NCBI GenBank assembly: GCA_044356295.1
Contig: JBIKWN010000072.1
Span: 1-12,000 of the forward strand
Origin: Bdellovibrionota bacterium
Lineage (GTDB): Bacteria; Bdellovibrionota_C; UBA2361; JBIKWN01
Reading direction: 5' to 3'
DNA length: 12,000 nucleotides
This document shows positions 8,188 to 12,000 of this stretch, piece by piece (positions within the stretch are counted from its first letter, which is position 1; each line of letters begins with the position of its first letter). The notes under the pieces are model-generated. The model did not search any database. It saw nothing but the letters and a program-made list of their open reading frames with translations, and had not been told where the DNA came from. The position numbers and the translations under genes were made by a program.

Positions 8188-8255
8188 GGTACAATGTAAC
8201 TTGGATTACCTAATACTTTCAGAAGTTTAAATCATAATGAAAGTTACCCTGTACC
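8188..8255 (+). repeat. 68-bp intergenic element with terminal inverted repeats, copy 3
   Basis: GGTACAATGTAACTTGGATTACCTAATACTTTCAGAAGTTTAAATCATAATGAAAGTTACCCTGTACC. Lies between convergent stop codons at 8163 and 8288; aligns without gaps to copies 1 and 2. Confidence 0.92.
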
Positions 8256-8287
8256 TAAATCGTTTTTTTCTGCCAAATTCACAAATA

Positions 8288-8791
8288 TTAAGGTTTAAAT
8301 TCCTTGATTGCTTTTGCAATGTTTACTCGAAGATCCTCATCTGAATATGGCCCTTTAATCGGAACTACTACAGTTGAGATCTGATCCTTACCATCTTTAT
8401 CTTTAATATGTTTAGTAAATTCCATACGTACTTCTTGTAGTATGCCCGTCTTTTTGTCTATTACTCCTTTAATCAACATTTCATATCCATTTTTACGAAG
8501 TTCTAGAATCGCTTTTTGTGTCTCTACGTCCCCGGGATTATTACCCATGGAACCGTAATAAAATACTTGTTTGAATTGACCGACACGGACTTTGGTGTTC
8601 TCCGAATCCACTACTGTCGAGTTTACTATGAATTCAGGATTCATTTTATGTACAGTGAATGTCGGAAGCTGTCCATTCTGACCCTGCATTTGTTTCAGTG
8701 TTAAGGACTTGTCAATTGAAGGAAGTTGTTTGTGTGCAATGAGATCTTGAGAGAACTGGGAAAGTGTAGTTTCTGACTTTGTTGCTACCAT
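8288..8791 (-). CDS. Hypothetical protein
   Basis: 167-aa ATG-initiated ORF with soluble-protein composition; no recognised domain. Confidence 0.7.
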   Translation of the reverse strand: MVATKSETTLSQFSQDLIAHKQLPSIDKSLTLKQMQGQNGQLPTFTVHKMNPEFIVNSTVVDSENTKVRVGQFKQVFYYGSMGNNPGDVETQKAILELRKNGYEMLIKGVIDKKTGILQEVRMEFTKHIKDKDGKDQISTVVVPIKGPYSDEDLRVNIAKAIKEFKP

Positions 8792-9071
8792 AACGAAGAC
8801 TCGCTAAAAATAACCACATATCTTTTGATCTTAAGTATTTGTATCAAGAAAAGAATATTACCAGGTGAAAGAGTTAGTATGTTAAGAGGATTATAGGGAT
8901 TAAGGCACAATCTAGGTTAAATTCTTAGTGTGTAGGCCGGTAAATGGTGTAAGTGGTGATTCTACTGCTTTGTGGAAAACATAAAAAACTTTCGTCATCC
9001 TCCTTCAAGTACTTAGAGTTTCTTAGTTTTGGAATTATTTCATTTTAATAACTGTTAACTTATCTGAATTT

Positions 9072-9590
9072 TTGCCGATTTTACCATCTCTGATGGGAAG
9101 TCGAGATACAAAAGAGAGTAAAATGCCTGAGAGTCCTTTTAAAGGGCAGTCTTTACCAAACTTAAAGGATAGTTCGCTTCCTCGTGCTTCGCGAACAATG
9201 TCGCTTCGATCAAGAAGTCCATCAAACAAAGAGGGGCATATTAAGCCATTGAACCCCTTTGAAGGTGATGGAAGTTTAGAAACCTTAAAAAAAATTCGCC
9301 TCGGCAAGGTTTCTCTTGAACGAAAAGATGAAGGAGGTGTCATGATTCTTGTAAAGCAGAAACTAAATGCGTGGCTTGGAACAAATGAAGATTTTAAGAG
9401 AAGTACAATGCTACCTCTGGATGGAATTTTTACAGCTAAAATGAAACTAGTCGTGAAAGCATTTCAAAAAGAAGCGTTTGATAAAGGCATCCGAAAAAGT
9501 GAACCAAATGGGATTGTCGATAAGGAAACACTTCTTGCACTTGAGAAGTCTATTAATCAAAAACCAGGAAAGAAACAACTGAGCCCTTGA
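9072..9590 (+). CDS. Protein with C-terminal peptidoglycan-binding domain (PG_binding_1-like); start may be ATG 9093 or 9123
   Basis: C-terminal pattern G..V.LVKQKLN...LDGIFTAKMKLVVKAFQK...PNGIVDKETLLAL matches the three-helix PG-binding motif (DG.F...T..AV..FQ....DGIVG..T...L). The N-terminus is Ser/Pro/Arg-rich and probably disordered. Confidence 0.75.
   Translation: MPILPSLMGSRDTKESKMPESPFKGQSLPNLKDSSLPRASRTMSLRSRSPSNKEGHIKPLNPFEGDGSLETLKKIRLGKVSLERKDEGGVMILVKQKLNAWLGTNEDFKRSTMLPLDGIFTAKMKLVVKAFQKEAFDKGIRKSEPNGIVDKETLLALEKSINQKPGKKQLSP
9231..9329 (+). repeat. Exact direct repeat, copy B (copy A at 1-99)
   Basis: Identical to window bases 1-99. Confidence 0.97.
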
Positions 9591-9623
9591 AGTAGTGTAT
9601 ACTTCAGAAACAAATGGTAAAAT
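9588..9623 (+). promoter_or_regulatory. Candidate uvrC promoter: extended -10 (TGgTAAAAT, 9615-9623) with an upstream palindrome TGAAGTA-N5-TACTTCA (9588-9606)
   Basis: Motifs read directly from the 42-bp gap before the uvrC ATG at 9633; function is inferred. Confidence 0.4.
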
Positions 9624-9632
9624 GCATCTTCA

Positions 9633-11483
9633 ATGTCAACCGAGGCTCACCCATTAAAATCTAAAATAAGTGCTTTTCCAAAAACCCCGGGTGTCTACAT
9701 CATGAAAGATTTTGATGGTGTCATTATCTATATTGGTAAAGCAAAAGACTTGCGCGCCCGTGTGAAAAATTACTTTGGCGTAGGTGATGGGCGTATTCAG
9801 ATTCAATACCTCATAAAAAAAGTTAGTACGATTGATTATGTTATTACTCAAAATGAAGGGGAAGCACTCCTCTTAGAGCGAGAACTAATAAACAAAAATA
9901 AGCCCCGATATAATATTCGTCTTAAAGATGATAAAGCATATATATCAATTCGGATAAATCGAAATCATCCTTGGCCGCGACTTGAAACTGTTCGAAGAAT
10001 TATTCCCGATGGTAGTGAATATTACGGCCCCTATATCAATTCCTATAAATTGCGAGAACTACTGGAAGTAGTAAAGCGCGTTTCGCCACTTCGTACCTGT
10101 ACTGATGCTGTTTTTTCAAACCGTGCTCGCCCATGTTTAGAGTATGAAATAAAAAGATGCTCTGGCCCTTGTTGTATTCCGGTAGATCGTGAAGCGTATG
10201 AAGGTTGGTTGAAAGATGCAATTTCAATCTTAGACGGGAAAATTGAACCGATAATTTCATCACTTGAAAAACAGATGGAGTTTTCTTCTCAAGATTTACG
10301 TTTTGAAGAAGCTGCCGCTATTCGAGACCGTATTGAAACTCTGACGAGCTTTCATGCAGGTGAGCAGCAATCACTGACCTATGATTTTACTTGTGATGTT
10401 TTTGGTTTATACCGAGAAGAGGATTTGGTCGTTATTGCAGTGATGCGTTCACGTGACGGGCGTCTTCATGAAGTTGATACGTACAGCCTTAAGGATGTTC
10501 AGATTGGTAATGATGAAGTTTTAGAGGCGGTGATCCCTCAGTATTATGAAAGTGGGCATGATGTTCCGGCTGAAATAGTTCTTCCAATTCCTTTGGCTGA
10601 GAATAATTTATTAGAAGCACTTTTTGAAAAGCAATTTGATAAAAAAGTTTTATTCACAGTTCCAGACCAGGGAGCCAAACACCGCTTAGTGAGAATCTGT
10701 GAATTAAATGCAAAGCAGGCTTTTCAAAATAAATTTTTCTCTGAAGCTCGTTTTGATTCTATTAGCGAAGTATTACAGGAACGTTTCCAGTTACGACAAG
10801 CTCCACGAACAATAGAATGTGTTGATATTTCAAATTTACAAGGGTCAGACATTGTAGGGGCAGTGGTTGCATTTAAAGATGGAATTCCAGATCGAAGCCG
10901 ATACCGACGCTTTACTATTTCTTTTAGTGGATCCCCAAATGATTTTGAAGCAATTCATGAAGTAGTAACCAGACGACTTACAAAAGCTGATCATTTACCA
11001 GATTTACTTATTATTGACGGAGGTTCACAGCAGCTTCGGCGAGCATTAGATGCTCGAGATTCGTTAGGACTAACACTAGATATTATTTCACTAGCTAAAA
11101 TTAAAGTTGAAAAAAGTAAAGGGAAAGATGTTCTCTCTCACACTCTTGAGCGAATCTTTATTGAGGGTGGTGGTTCTTCAATTCCTCTTGATGGTTCCGA
11201 TTCAGTAACACAGTTCTTACAAAGGGTAAGAGACGAAGTACATCGATATGTTATTACGTTTCACCGACAGAAAAGAAAAGCGCGAGTTTTTCGTTCAGTA
11301 TTAGATGATATCCCAGGGGTGGGGGAAGAGCGTCGCAAAAGACTGTTAACTGAGTTTTCATCGATTCAAGGAATTTCTGAAGCTCAGGTTGAAGTCATCG
11401 CCAAAGTTGGTCGAATGCCGTTAACGCTTGCCGAAAAAATTAAGCAGATATTGTCAGATCATATTATGAACGATACGAAGTAG
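9633..11483 (+). CDS. uvrC: Excinuclease ABC subunit C
   Basis: 616 aa. N-terminal GIY-YIG (PGVYIMKD...IYIGKAKDLRARVKNYF, EALLLERELINKNKPRYNIRLKDDK); Cys cluster (RPCLEYEIKRCSGPC); UVR domain (LRFEEAAAIRDRI); RNase H-like domain (ECVDISNLQG, PDLLIIDGG, RVRDEVHRY); C-terminal HhH (LDDIPGVGEERRKRLL). Confidence 0.98.
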   Translation: MSTEAHPLKSKISAFPKTPGVYIMKDFDGVIIYIGKAKDLRARVKNYFGVGDGRIQIQYLIKKVSTIDYVITQNEGEALLLERELINKNKPRYNIRLKDDKAYISIRINRNHPWPRLETVRRIIPDGSEYYGPYINSYKLRELLEVVKRVSPLRTCTDAVFSNRARPCLEYEIKRCSGPCCIPVDREAYEGWLKDAISILDGKIEPIISSLEKQMEFSSQDLRFEEAAAIRDRIETLTSFHAGEQQSLTYDFTCDVFGLYREEDLVVIAVMRSRDGRLHEVDTYSLKDVQIGNDEVLEAVIPQYYESGHDVPAEIVLPIPLAENNLLEALFEKQFDKKVLFTVPDQGAKHRLVRICELNAKQAFQNKFFSEARFDSISEVLQERFQLRQAPRTIECVDISNLQGSDIVGAVVAFKDGIPDRSRYRRFTISFSGSPNDFEAIHEVVTRRLTKADHLPDLLIIDGGSQQLRRALDARDSLGLTLDIISLAKIKVEKSKGKDVLSHTLERIFIEGGGSSIPLDGSDSVTQFLQRVRDEVHRYVITFHRQKRKARVFRSVLDDIPGVGEERRKRLLTEFSSIQGISEAQVEVIAKVGRMPLTLAEKIKQILSDHIMNDTK

Positions 11484-12000
11484 CGCCGTAGCTAAACCGA
11501 CAGCTACCAAAGTCATCGGTTATCTGCGCAGCAAATCCGGAGCTTGCACGTGTACTTTTCAAATTTTGATATACAATAGAAGCATCAACATCAGTTCCAT
11601 CAGTATCTCGGTAGGAATTGAAAACTTCCAATCTTTTACCACCATCCCGTGATCGTCCGTAAAAAGTTCCATCGTGACTTGTATTAATTACGGTTGATGC
11701 TCGATTCATTCTGATAATGTGGCGAAAGTTGAAACGGCTATTGATAGAACCACAACCATTTCTTGAAAGATAATACGTACCGGACCAACGCCCAGGAAAG
11801 TTTGTTTTGCTATTTACTTTTAATGTTTTAGCTTCAAATGATCGTGCTCTAATGTAGGCTCGAAAAGCAGCTTTTTTTGCATCAAGAGCAAGAGATTCTT
11901 GTGCTTTCGTAATGGTTGGTTCGATACTGGTTGATTGTGCTTGTACTTGTACAGAAGAAGATGCTGCTGCAAGCAGTGAAACAAAGCAAAAAGCGATAAT
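11464..12000 (-). CDS. Probable secreted hypothetical protein, 5' end outside window
   Basis: The 81-aa track ORF is the tail of a frame open to the window edge: IIAFCFVSLLAAASSSVQVQA-QSTSIEPTITKAQESLALDAKKAAFRAYIRARSFEAKTLKVNSKTNFPGRWSGTYYLSRNGCGSINSRFNFRHIIRMNR... The visible start looks like a signal-peptide h-region with a VQA cleavage site. Its 3' end overlaps uvrC by 20 bp. Confidence 0.75.
   Translation of the reverse strand: MIAFCFVSLLAAASSSVQVQAQSTSIEPTITKAQESLALDAKKAAFRAYIRARSFEAKTLKVNSKTNFPGRWSGTYYLSRNGCGSINSRFNFRHIIRMNRASTVINTSHDGTFYGRSRDGGKRLEVFNSYRDTDGTDVDASIVYQNLKSTRASSGFAAQITDDFGSCRFSYGATSYRS

Noticed and set aside
8188..8255. MITE derived from the resident IS3 element
   Set aside because: The element ends (GGTACA...TGTACC) do not resemble the IS3 IRs (TG...TTTTAGACA), and no consistent target duplication flanks the three copies. 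Derivation from another IS cannot be excluded without a search.

Overview
AT-rich bacterial accessory region next to the housekeeping gene uvrC. It contains a 1450-aa secreted protein with 14 near-identical 186-bp FG-GAP (integrin-alpha-like) repeats, a secreted HAF-like repeat protein, an IS3-family element inserted 5 bp upstream of that gene's start codon, two hypothetical genes, a gene with a C-terminal peptidoglycan-binding domain, uvrC, and a 5'-truncated gene for a probable secreted protein. The most unexplained structure is a 68-bp intergenic element present in three same-orientation, ungapped, ~85% identical copies (110-177, 4758-4825, 8188-8255). It has terminal inverted repeats and can be read as two inverted 11-6-11 sites resembling tyrosine-recombinase (dif/attC-like) sites, and the copies divide the region into gene modules. 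The first 99 bp of the window are an exact copy of 9231-9329 and break off 10 bp before the first element. No cognate recombinase is visible in the window.
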